From Peribolospora baueri (lineage: Eukaryota): a DNA stretch of 64,000 nucleotides. Below are positions 1 through 10,900 of the stretch, one piece after another. The notes below the pieces were generated by a model that was not told where the DNA came from, searched no databases, and saw only the letters and a list, made by a program, of their open reading frames with translations. A program made the translations under genes and the position numbers. Location of the stretch: assembly GCA_029717555.1 (NCBI GenBank), contig JAMDHS010000009.1, forward strand, positions 62,001 through 126,000, written 5' to 3'. The number at the start of each line of letters is the position of its first letter. The first letter of the stretch is position 1.

Positions 1-39
1 AGCCAAGAGCAACACCACCAAGGTCACCATCCTCCACAT
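1..39 (-). CDS. Possible 5' end of a secreted/membrane protein running off the window (MWRMVTLVVLLLA...)
   Basis: ATG at 39 (minus) opens 13 codons resembling a signal peptide. A CT-rich leader and two E-boxes lie upstream. Too short to confirm. Confidence 0.3.
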   Translation of the reverse strand, partial: MWRMVTLVVLLLA

Positions 40-145
40 GGCCACGGCGACACCGTTACTTTCCTCTCCCCTTCGCACTTCCTCTTACCACCTCTCGAGT
101 GCAAGTCACCCCTTCGATATCATCAACGTCAACAGCTCACTGCTT

Positions 146-168
146 ATCACGTGATCAACGCACGTGAT
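146..168. promoter_or_regulatory. Tandem E-boxes ATCACGTGAT (146-155) and GCACGTGAT (160-168)
   Basis: Seen directly. CACGTG is the bHLH (Cbf1/Pho4/SREBP-type) core. Confidence 0.4.
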
Positions 169-1000
169 CGGCCCCGCAGGTGCCAGGGAAAGGTAAGGTA
201 AAGGAAAGAAAGTTGCGGGGGTCGGGACACGGCCGTCGCTTTCGTCGTTCGTCGTTCGGCCCATCGGCGAGACGAGACGAGACGAGATGGGCTGAGACGG
301 GTAGATCGGTGGGAGGGAGTGAAAAGGAGGGAAGAGAAGAGGTGGGGATGCGAGCGAGCGGTGATGGGCACGGTGATGGACGAGTGCAGTGCCCTACAGT
401 AACCTCCCCCATCCTTCTCTCTCCCATCGCCTTACTTGTTGGTCAAACGAGCGCTCGCGGAGTGGACTGACTAGGCGAGTGCCCCTCCTTTCCGCTGTGC
501 CGTCTCTGAGCGTCGCTCGCCTGTCACTCTCGTTCTTCCGTCGACGCGCGACGCGCGACGTCCGTTCCCCTCACTATATTCACAAGAGGTATACATACGC
601 CTGGAGAATTATATGTAGTCGGGCGGACCGGGGAAAGTGTCGTAACCTGTCGCGCCTGCACGGGAGGGAGTGACAAGACAATGATGCGGTGGGGGATGAG
701 GAGCACTGTCCTACAGAAAGTGGGGGGTATGAGAACTGATGGAAGTCGTCAAAGTGCGAGAAGGGGTGAATGTGCGAGGGAAGACGTGGGATGCAATATG
801 GGCGACGACGTATAGTGGCTACAGCACTGAGGGGACGTTCGAGTGGACGGGGAGGAAGGAAGGAAGCAAGACGGGTGGGCGTGTCATGAGCAGACAGGAA
901 CAGCCAGGCGGAGCAGCACGATGGGGCGAACTCACAAGTAGATTGGTATAGGGGAGGAAAAGAGAGAGAGAGAGAAGGAAAGGAGGTCCCAGTCAAGAGT

Positions 1001-1999
1001 TCATCGCTGGAGCCAGACGCCGGTCTCCTTCTCGTCGAGCCATCGGTTGATGGACCGCAGCGCGCCCTCGTCCATATGATCCAGACACGGCTTGTTCAGT
1101 TTCTGCTCTCCCAACGTGCCCCTGTACCACATCCATCCCCACTCTAGCCAGTCCTTCAGCGCCGGCGGCCTCTTCCCCACAGGATCCACATCGTTCACCT
1201 CCGAAGGGTTGTCCGCGCTGCGTGAGCGTTGGATGACGAGCGGGGGATGGACGGCGAGGCCGGTGAGGACGCGGTTGCTCACGAGCCGGGCCATGTCGAC
1301 GTCGACGTTGTGGACGATGTTGTTAGGGGAGAGGTGCTTGAGGAAGAGCGCCGCGCCGGACGGCGTGAGGAGGTATCCGGACGACCAGATGGGGTGGATG
1401 GCGGGGTGGAGCTCGTAGAGCGTCGACGACTCGTTGTGGGTGTAGGCCGAGATGGGGTGACGGGAGCGCGGGTTGTCGTGGTGGGAGAGGTAGACAATGT
1501 CGAACGTGGACGTATCGGAGGGGAGGATGTTCTGAAGGAGCGAGGAGAGGTCGTGTTCGGTGTCCACGTCGTCCTCGAAGATGAGCGTCAGCGGCTGGTC
1601 GGACGCGGCGACCATCTTCCAGGCGGCGTAGTGGCTGAGGTAGGAGCCTACGCGGCCGACGTCGGTGCGATGGGCCATTTGGAGACGCGCGGACACAGCG
1701 TCGGTCGACGCGGAAAAGGCTGGGAGGAGCGAGGCGGAGGCGTTGAGCTTGTGAACGACGCGGAGCATGGAGACGCGCCTGTCACGGCGATGGGGCAAGT
1801 TGATGATCAGCGTGCGGTCCAGAGGCCGCAGAGACGGCAGGTCGGCATTGAAGTGGAGAATGGAGGGAGGGTCGAAGCCATTGAAAGGCAAGTCGAGGAC
1901 GGGGTAGCGAGGGGAAGAACGAAGGATGAAGATGGCGACGACGAAAGAGATGGCGATGCAGATGGCGAGAGGGCGACCCCTGCCGGCGAACAAGGACAT
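1001..1999 (-). CDS. Glycosyltransferase family 25 protein with N-terminal TM anchor, single exon
   Basis: ATG at 1999 gives MSLFAGRGRPLAICIAISFVVAIFIL (TM). GT25 motifs IINLPHRRDRR, GSYLSHYAAWKMV, LIFEDDV and GYLLTPSGAALFL. TATAAA upstream near 2200-2205. Confidence 0.85.
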   Translation of the reverse strand: MSLFAGRGRPLAICIAISFVVAIFILRSSPRYPVLDLPFNGFDPPSILHFNADLPSLRPLDRTLIINLPHRRDRRVSMLRVVHKLNASASLLPAFSASTDAVSARLQMAHRTDVGRVGSYLSHYAAWKMVAASDQPLTLIFEDDVDTEHDLSSLLQNILPSDTSTFDIVYLSHHDNPRSRHPISAYTHNESSTLYELHPAIHPIWSSGYLLTPSGAALFLKHLSPNNIVHNVDVDMARLVSNRVLTGLAVHPPLVIQRSRSADNPSEVNDVDPVGKRPPALKDWLEWGWMWYRGTLGEQKLNKPCLDHMDEGALRSINRWLDEKETGVWLQR

Positions 2000-4619
2000 G
2001 GTGGAATGAAGGAACGAGGTGGAGATGGGCGGCCAGAGTGGAGGGAGTAGGGTAGTAGGGACTTGGACGTGGGTGGCCTGAAATGAACGCCTGCGTTGTC
2101 CCCGCGCTGGGCGCACAAGAGAGGGAGGGTATAAGAACGAAGAGGGGAAGGCCTCGAAAGAGGGCCGCCGAAGCGGTTCCCCCGCGCATTCTCGCCGGGT
2201 ATAAAGGGGAGCAGGGAGCACTAAAATAGCGAGCGAGTGGCGGCGTCACCTTGGCGAACGCAAGACAGTCGGGCGATGTGGGAGCCTTGGCTGGAGCGGA
2301 CGAGGATAAACGAGGACGAGGAGAGCAGAGGAGAGGACGGAAGGTGCGCGGCTGCGCTGTGCCAACCATCACCATCCATCTCTCTCTCTCTCCCATCGCT
2401 CGGGACAAACGGCGAGGGCGGAGGCGGAAGCGGTGGAGCAGTGGAGAAAGGCGGCTGCTGCGGCAATCAAGGCAGTGGCGGGCTGCGAACGACGGAGCAA
2501 CTGCGCCCGCCGGCACCGTCGGCACACGACTGCTATACGCCGCAGTCAACGCTATACGCCGCAGCAAGGCGTTGACTGCGGCAGACTGCGGGGGCACCGC
2601 CCAGCATGTGCCACGAGCTCCTCCTGACTGCGGACTGCGGCACGCAAGGCGACGCGAGGCGAGGCGAGGGCAGGTTTGCGACACGGCCTGCAGTTGCTCT
2701 TCTTCCACATTTGCCCTGGGGAAGTGAGAGGGAGAGGGGGCGAGAGAAAGAGAGAGGGAGAGAAAAAAGGAAGCATGTGAGCAATGCATGGGGCGAGCGG
2801 GCCAACACCTTACTTTTTTTACGGCCTTGCTCCATCGGGCGAACAGCCCACGTCTCAAGTCGGTCGACAGAGAGGGGGTCGACAAAAGAGGCCAGCGAAC
2901 GGAGGCACTCAAAAGACAACGTCGAACTGCGGAAGAAAAAAAGTCCACGCCCAAGTTACCGACCGCCCACCATCTTTGTCCCTCGCAAACGGAAGCAGGC
3001 ATGCCCCCTTCGCAAGCGCGTCTCTTCAGCCCAAACGTCCGATTCAGACGGCGATCAACTGACCGTCTAGTCGGGCGACGGACGGCGTGGATGCGTCACT
3101 CGAGTCCCCTCGCCCATAGTCCATCCTCGCTAGAGCCCGGTTTGGCTCTCGTTTGATATCCACCTCTCGAGCCCGCCTGGGCTTGGCTGTGGATGGGATT
3201 ATGGCGTGACTGGCGCGTGTCCCCGTCCCGCGTTCTCTTGGTAGCCCGGCAGGAGCTCGAGTTGGACGGACGGGTGGGCGGGCGGCGGCCTCGTCGAAGA
3301 GGCGGACAAGTCGTCCCGCCGAGATGGCCAGACACCTCGGCAGGCCCCTGGGATGGGGTCATCGGAACAGGTCTTGTCGCCGACGATGGGGGCAGGCAAG
3401 CCGGTGGGCGAGTCGCAGCACGGGGGCTAGCGTAGCCCCGTGCCATGGATCCCATGGATGAAACCTGAAGGGGTCCGTGTAAATGGACGAACGGGAAAGG
3501 CGGCAGGATGAGTACAAATCGCGACCAACCTACCTATGTACCTTCCTCCCTCCCTCCGTCCCACTCGCCCGCATGCCCCGCCCTCGCCTCGCCTCGCCTC
3601 AGCTCCACGGCGAAAGCCCTCGGGGCCCTCCCATGCCCATCCGTAGACGACCATCTTCCGATCGAGCTTGCCACAACCACGGAACGCACAAGGGAACGGC
3701 CCGACGTCGAGGCAAAGGCGGTTCGGTCCGATCCGGGAGGGATGGGATGGGATGGGACGCGTGAGCGGCGCTGAGATAGAGAGTGTGAGCAGATGAGCAG
3801 ATAGTGCAAGCTGGGCGGAAGGGGCGGGGGAGGAGTGGACGAAATGAAGAGGCGTCTGTGTGCCTAACCGTGAGCAGCCGGCGCGTGACGACGAGCTACG
3901 CTATCTATCCATCCCTCTCTGGCCGCGGTGCGGAGGTCAGCGAACGGTTTGGCTAGGCATGGCTGAGGAAAGGAAGGAAAGGGGAAAAGATGTGGAGAGG
4001 AGAAAAGAGCGGGCTCGAGCGCTTCGTGCGTGTGTGTGCTTCCCAGTTATCTGCTCTCCCACATAACACGATCAATCTGTCCTCGACCGTCACTGTCCGA
4101 CGTGCACCACCGGCACGTCGAAGCCGGCAGAAGGCGCACGGCACACATGGGTAACATAATCGTACGTATGTCACGGCGGCGATATGCGAAAACGCGGTGG
4201 GTGAGGTACCATCATGTGGAAGAATCGAGGCATGAAGGGAGCCCGGCGTTTTGTCAGTCCCTGTTGGCAGACCGCAGCTTCGGGATAGGTGTCCCGGCGC
4301 GGGTCGTCGGACGGCGTAAGACCGACTCGACCGAGGATCTCACATCCGCCGGGGCCCATCGTCGGCTTTCCCGTTCGCACGTCCGTAAGTTCAGTCAGGG
4401 AGATCGAAAGGAGAACGAGCGTCGGGTCGGTACAGCGTCGACTCCTGTGACTGCTCTCGCACACATCCCCGCCCGCCGTCTTCCACTAGCTAGTTAATTC
4501 TGACCAAGAATGACTCGAGCGAGTCGGTTGGTTTGGCCTCCGGCGTCATCCGTTCCGTTCGTATCTAGTCACCGAGCGACCGTCATTCCGTCCTCCTCCC
4601 CCTTCACAAACAACGCCTC

Positions 4620-5857
4620 TCACGCCGAAGGCTCGAAGTGGTATCCGGACTGGCGCAGAACGGCGGTATGCTCGAGGAAAGCGATCTGCTCGCCACCTTG
4701 CTTGAGCCCCGCGGTGATCGAGTCGCCCGGTCGGACGGGTCCCACGCCGGCCGGCGTGCCTGTTCGCGGTCACGATGGACGGTCGACGGGTTGAGGATGA
4801 ATCGAACCTCGGTTCAGCTCGTGCCCGCTTCCAAAAATCGAGCCCAAGGCGGTCACCGGCGAACGAGAAGGGAGGGCACAGGGAAACGCACCGGTGAGAA
4901 GCAAGTCGCCTTCCTCGAGCCTCATGATGCTGGAGACATGCTGGATCAAGCGCGGGATACGGAAGAGCATGTCCGACGTGTTGCCGTTTTGCTTTATTGT
5001 GCCGTTGATCTGCGAGGAGAGTGCGAGGGCGGGGAGGGTGAAGGAGAAAGGAGACCAAGGTCAGCAGTAGCGGAAGTGGAGAGTGGTGCGTGCGGTTGGG
5101 CTCACCTTGAGCCAGAGATCGAGGTTGTGCGCGTCAGCGATCCTGTCTCGGGGAATGAATTGGCTGATCACCGTTCATAGCCATGCGCATGCGTCGTCGT
5201 CGTCGTCAGCGGACTGCCCGTCGTGACAACACATCACGAAAGGCGGACATGCGGCTCACGAGACGGGGTTGAAAGTGTCGAACCCCTTAGCAGCGGACCA
5301 TGGCAGCCCCTTCTTCTTCACGTCGTTCTGCATGTTGCGCGCCGTCAAGTCGATCGCCAGCGCGTAGCCGGCGATGTACGAGTCGGCCTCAGATGGAGGA
5401 ACTTCGCGGCCGTTCTTGCCGATGACAACTCCCAGCTCGACTGGCACGTTTGAAGGGACGCAAAAGCAAAGACGGGGGGTATAAGGTCGATGGGGTCGCG
5501 GAGCGAACGTGAGCGAGATGCGGGTCGGCCGAGGTAGAAAGGAAGGAAGCTAGGCTGACTGACTCTCATGGTGGACGTCGACGCCGCGCGGGCATTCGAT
5601 CACGCTGCCATTGTCCAAATAGGAACTGGTTGGCTTGAGAAAGAAGAAAGGCTCCTTGGGAATGGCGTTGTTGAGCTCGGCGGCGTGGTCGGCGTAGTTG
5701 CGGCCGATGGCGATGATCTGGAGGGCGCAGAGAGGAGAAGGACGGTTTGAGACTCCGGTGCGCTCGTCGGGGCATCATCGATCGCCTGAGCCGTCGTCGT
5801 CGCTCGCTCCGTCCTCGTTTCGCTCACCTTACGCCCGGCCGTCCTGAACGAAGCCAT
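4620..5857 (-). CDS. Fumarylacetoacetate hydrolase family protein (FAHD1/Fmp41-like), 6 exons
   Basis: Spliced product MASFRTAGRK|IIAIGRNYADHAAELNNAIPKEPFFFLKP..HHEIELGVVIG..GYALAIDLTARNMQ..PWSAAKGFDTFNP..LEEGDLLLTGTPAGVGPV..EPSA*. Canonical GT-AG introns. Confidence 0.92.
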
Positions 5858-6350
5858 GGCGGATGAACTGGCGGCGAGAGAGAGAGGGAGAGCAAGGCAG
5901 TGTAAGGAGGAAAGGGGCGCGTACGAGCGTGACTGCAAGATAAATATGTATCTATGATACATACGCGCTGGAATCCGACGTCGTCGTTGTCCGACGCGGG
6001 GTTGCCCGCTGCGGGCGTGCGCGGAGGCTCGGAGGCTCGGCAGCTCGGGTGGGGTCCCCTCGGACGCCACGACGACGCAACCTGACCTCAGTGGCCCGCA
6101 CCGATCCAGGCTAGGCGCGTTCTCGTATACCTTTGACTCGGCGCTCGCCCGTGCGGAATTCCATCTCGACAGGCGCTCGCACATGTCCGACCTTGGCATC
6201 CTCGTCGGTTAAGCCATATCCTTGGATTTCCCCGAGCCTGCCTACACTCTATCCGAAGTTGTATCGTACAGTCGAACGCTAATCCTAAGCCAAAGCCAAA
6301 GCCAGCCCAAGCCCAAGCCATGTCTTTTCGTCTTCGAACCCATAACTACG

Positions 6351-6964
6351 CTACGCCTTCTTCGCCCACGCCACGTTGGCCACCACGGGGAACTGGAGCG
6401 GACCATCGCCCATCCGTTCCTTCGTGGCCTTCTTCTGTGCCGCTTGAAACGCCTCGATCTCGCTCTCCTTGATGCCGAGCATGAACAGCTCGTTACCCGG
6501 GTTCGTCCTCATGGCCCTCTGCATCATTTCCGGGTCCATTTTGGGAGGCACAAACGAGGCTTTGATGGATTTGCCCTGGCCGTCGACGAAGCCGGCCGCG
6601 GCGAGCTTGGCGATGACGTCGTCTACCTTGACCCAGGGTGTGACGAAGGCGGTGTCGTAGACGGACGGCGGGCTCGCCCATGCCGCGCTGGGCGAAAACG
6701 TCGGCGCGGGCGAGATCCGCAATGTCCCACGCTTCGATCGATTGGAAGGTGGACACGATCACCGTCCCGCCCGGCTTGAGCACGCGGTGGAGCTCTCTGA
6801 AGGCGGCCGCGGCGTCGGGGAGGACCATGGGCCCGAAGAGGAGGAGTGCGAACGAGAATGATTCGGAAGGCAAGTTGAGCCGCTGTCAAGGGCGCCATCC
6901 GAGGGCACACACGGGAGGGGAGGAAGGAGTTGGGTCAACTTGGTCCTCCATGTATCTAGCTGTG

Positions 6965-7011
<47 letters not shown>

Positions 7012-7401
7012 TTATCTATCTATCTATCTCACCTGCGCGTCTTGCACCTCGGCCTTGTATTCGCCTCCAAGGTCGCCCTTGCTTTGGAGGAGCTTGTTAA
7101 CCTGGTCGACCATGCCGTGAGCAAAGTCGGTGGCCAACACCTTCAACCTGGTCCCGATGTCGGCCTTGGGGCCGCCGGGGCCGTAGCGTTCGATGAGCAG
7201 CTTGAGCTCGCCGCCGGAGCCGCCGGCTGTGATGAGCAGGGGGATCTTGCTGTCCGCCGGGCACTCGGATAGCGCTTTGTCCAGGGACGGGTAGAGCGCA
7301 TCCTGGAGCGCTGGTGCCATGACGGGAAGCATCGTTGAGGAGTTGTAATCCACGGCGTGGGCGCTCCAAGCGTCGGCCGAGAAGATCTTGTCGGTGTTCA
7401 T
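6351..7401 (-). pseudogene. Class I SAM-dependent methyltransferase carrying a 4-bp duplication frameshift (or assembly error)
   Basis: Exon 1 (7033-7401) has LLITAGGSGG and VLATDFAHGMV. Intron 6883-7032. Exon 2 has FRELHRVLKPGG. The family-type C-terminus (KLAAAGF..ANVAWAKKA*) is in another frame after the ACGG-ACGG duplication at 6661-6668. Confidence 0.75.
6965..7028. repeat. (TATC)16 microsatellite with one TATT unit, inside the methyltransferase intron next to the donor site
   Basis: Direct read of the tandem units. Confidence 0.95.
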
Positions 7402-8121
7402 GGGGAAATTGACTGGAAGGAGGAGGTGTGGAGAACAGGGTATGATGCCATCCTTCCTTTCTTCCTCGCATAACGGAGCGAGAGCAACCTTTTTATGCAC
7501 ATACGATGTGGCTGTGTCCACCTCGCTTTCCCGTCTGCCCATGTGTACGCGCCGTCCCCAAACGAGAGCGAGCTCGGTGGGCCCACGTTTCCACGACCGA
7601 CCGTCCCGGCCCAGGTACCTTCGCGGTCCCTGCGCTGTGACGTGACGAGGGCCGGCGGTATGTAGAAGAAGCAAGACAGGCAGGTAGGCTTTTTCGCCCT
7701 CTTCTGCCTGCACCTGGATACGGTGGCCACAACGCACTTTGCTGCGAGCACCGCCGCCGTATTGACGAGGGCGAGCGAATGACATAAACACCACCATCTC
7801 CTCCTCATCACCGCCATCGCGGACCTTGTTCGCCGTCAAATGCACGCCGACGCCCCCACCCAAGACGGACCAAGCCGGGCCAGGCCAGGTCATGTCATGG
7901 ACGTCGTCAGTCATGTCATGGATGTCGCAGTGCGTGTCCGGCGCCGTCCCGCGCTGCTGTTATGTTCTTACGTAATGAGCTGGAAGAGAGCCGCCGCAAG
8001 TCCGTGTATGTCCGATACCCACCCCACCCCGCTCCGACCGACGACCGCCTTTCTCGCTCACCCACCGGCTTCCTTGCACGCTATCCCTCCCACCTCGAGT
8101 GACCCTCTTTCTCCCCCTGCG

Positions 8122-10514
8122 ATGCAAGACCCAACGGCCGACCTCACCTCTTCCCAGGCAGACGCTCTAGTCGAGCTCCGGTCCCTCACCGCCCAGTCCT
8201 CCGGCGCCGACCCGTCCGCGCTGATCGACATCCTCGCCTCCGAGGACTGGGACGTCCAGAGGGCCGCGGCGCTCATCTTCGACGATGGCAGGGAGTCCGC
8301 CAGAAGGAGCGTGGAGAGCACCGGCGAGGGCGCGGTGGAGAGGGACGCCTTCGTGGCGTCTACGTCGTCCAGACCTGGCCGCCGGATGGAGCGGCTGGAG
8401 ATCGATGAGAGCGCCGTGCGAAGGAGGGTGAGTGGCGGTGACGGGGATCCTTACACACCGCCCGTGTCGTTGTCGTCGCTCATTCCTCATTCCGATTGTC
8501 CGCTCGTCTACGGCATCTCCTTCTCTTGTCAGCCCCCGAATCGCTCGACAAGCTCGGTGGGCCTAAACCTCGTCTCGTGCTTCGCCTGGCCTTTATCCCT
8601 CCTCTACCGCCTGGCGTCTTCCTTGATTCTCTTTCTTGGTGAGCCATGGACGAGGCGAAACGCGCGCTCAGAGCCTCCATTCTGACTCTTTGCGTTCGAC
8701 TCTTTTCTGCTTCTTGTGTACGTTCCAGCGCGCCTCCTCCGCATCGTCCCATCCTCCTCCTCGCCTTCCTCTTCCCGTCGCTCGCGTTCGAGTCGAAAAG
8801 CCCATCTGGACCCAGTAGCGGCGGCGGACCGCTTTGTCCGATCGCTCGAAGAAGAGACCCGCGCGCTCACCGTCTCCCGCGCAGCGCAGAGGGAGAGGGA
8901 AGAGAGCGCCGGCGGCGGAGCCATTAGTCCGCCTCCTCGGACTGGAGCGATGAGCAAGGAGAAGGAGAAGGCTAGCCGGCCGGATCTGGTCGGGATCTTC
9001 GCTCGCAACCCCTCTCCTACCCCTTCATCCGGTGTGGAATCCAGAGCCAGTGCCGAAGCCGGGCCGTCCTCCCGCCCGCTCATCCTCCCCACCGGCGGCA
9101 CTTCCTCCTCCGCCTCCTCCACCAAGCGTCTCGATGGTCTTATCGACCCTTCCACGGACGAACCCAAATTGCTTCCTGACTTTTTCATTGGAAGCTACAA
9201 GGATGGGCTCGAGCTCGCCAGGAAAGAAATCAGGCTTCTCTGCGTCATCCTCGTTAGCGACGAGCATGAAGACGTCCCCGAATTTAAAAGGTGAGCATGG
9301 CTCTTCAACCTTTGACTTTTTTTCTAATTTTGCTGGCCGAACGCTCAACGTGTCCAATTTCCCTGAATCATGATGTTCTTGCAGGCGGGCGCTCACCGAT
9401 CCAGAGTTGGTCCGGAGACTTACGGAGAACAACTTTGTTGTCTGGGGAGGTGATGTGCGCGAACGCGAGGCGTATCGAGGTGTGTTTTTCTGACAGGGGC
9501 GCGTTCAGGCAGGACATGGAACGGGCTCGGCTCGTTCGGGGAGATGCCAGCTCTTTACCGGCCGGCTATATGCGCACTGAACTGATGAGGGCCGGTCACT
9601 CTCCTTTCCTTTTCCGTCCTTGGGAACGCTTTCTGGCACGCGAAACAGTATCCACCATCCTGGAGGCGACGACGTACCCTTTCATCGCCTTCATCTCCCT
9701 CCAGCCGCCCCGACCCTCCAGCCCTTCCCCCTTCCGCCCCAACCCAGCCCCTTCCTCTACGCCGCGCCTGGCCGTCCTGTCCCGCCTTGAAGGCTCTCCT
9801 CGGCAGACAACCTCCCCCGCCTCGCTGGTCCACCACATCGACACGCTTCTCCTCCCTCGCACTTCCCCCTACTTGGGCCGTCTCCGTGCAGAGAAGCGCC
9901 GGAGGGAGGAGGAGAGGAAGCTGAGGGAGGAGCAGGACCGAGCGTTCGAGGAGGCTAGCAGAAGGGATGCTGAGCGGGTGATGAGGAAGCGGGCGGAGGA
10001 GAGGAAGGCGAGAGAGGAGGAGGAGAGGAAGCGGAGAGCGGAGGACGAGAAGAAGGAGAGGCGGAAGCGAAGAGCCGCTTGGAGAGCGTGGGCTAAGCGC
10101 CACCTCGTGCCGCCCGAGCCTTCCATCGTCGCCTCGGCCTCGGGGGAAAAGACGGCGAAGCTGGCCATTCGTCTTTCAGATGGGAGGAGGATCACGAGGG
10201 TATTTCCCGGCTCTGCGCGCATCGAAGCGCTGTTCGCTTTCGTGGACCTGGAGAGCTCGTCGTCGTCATCGTTGACCGCCAGCGACGACGACGACCTCGC
10301 AGACGGACCTCCTTCGGGAACTCCGCCGGCGGGCTTCGCAAATGGCTACCACTTTGCCTTCTCCCTCGTCATCATGGGCTACCCTCGTCGTACGCTCACC
10401 CTCTCCTCGGGTGCTGGCGCAGAGCCGCCGTCGTCGGTGACGGATCGCGCGACAAAGCTCGAGGACGTCGACGGTCTTTGTCCGGGCGCGACTTTAGTTA
10501 TGGAGAGGACGGCT

Positions 10515-10551
<37 letters not shown>

Positions 10552-10589
10552 GAGATAGGGCAGGACACAAGGATGGGGAAGCAAAATAG
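8122..10589 (+). CDS. UBX domain protein (UBA-hairpin-UAS-coiled coil-UBX; FAF2/Ubx2-Ubx3/Ucp10-like Cdc48 adaptor), multi-exon
   Basis: UBA-like IDILASEDWDVQRAAALIF. UAS-like LPDFFIGSYKDGLELARKE..ILVSDEHEDVPEFKR..FVVWGGDVRERE..TTYPFIAFI. Coiled coil LREEQDRAFEEASRRD. UBX LAIRLSDGRRITRVF..YPRR. Confidence 0.9.
10515..10550 (+). repeat. (GAGGAC)6 coding repeat encoding poly-ED at the UBX C-terminus
   Basis: Direct read. Confidence 0.9.
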
Positions 10590-10900
10590 ACTTTGGACTA
10601 CCTCGTCGGAGCCGACCGACGAGGCGCCGTAACGTGGGGTGTTTAGCAATCCGTTCGCAATTAGAGTTGTATGGATTCGATTCGCCGTCGTGCGCCGATA
10701 CCGGGGGGAACGGAAACGGAAAGCAAGCGGAAAAAGACGAGATAAAAGTCTATCGGACAGGACACGTTCTGGCCCCGATCGCGAGCCGAGGCCCCGTATC
10801 AAACAAGCCTCACTCGCGACCATATCCTATGTCACACCAAGAGACGAAAAACTAGAAAGATGAATGGGTCCAACCGAGGCGAGACGGCAGTCCAGTCGCT

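Noticed and set aside
1782..4497. Long ORFs such as 1782..3002 (-) and 2606..3070 (+)
   Set aside because: Arg/Ser/Pro-rich low-complexity translations typical of GC-rich non-coding DNA, with no motifs or coherent splice pattern.
7889..7930. 21-bp imperfect tandem duplication (GTCATGTCATGGAYGTCG) as a CRISPR-like or mobile-element repeat
   Set aside because: Two adjacent copies with no spacers, in a eukaryotic promoter, consistent with ordinary slippage.
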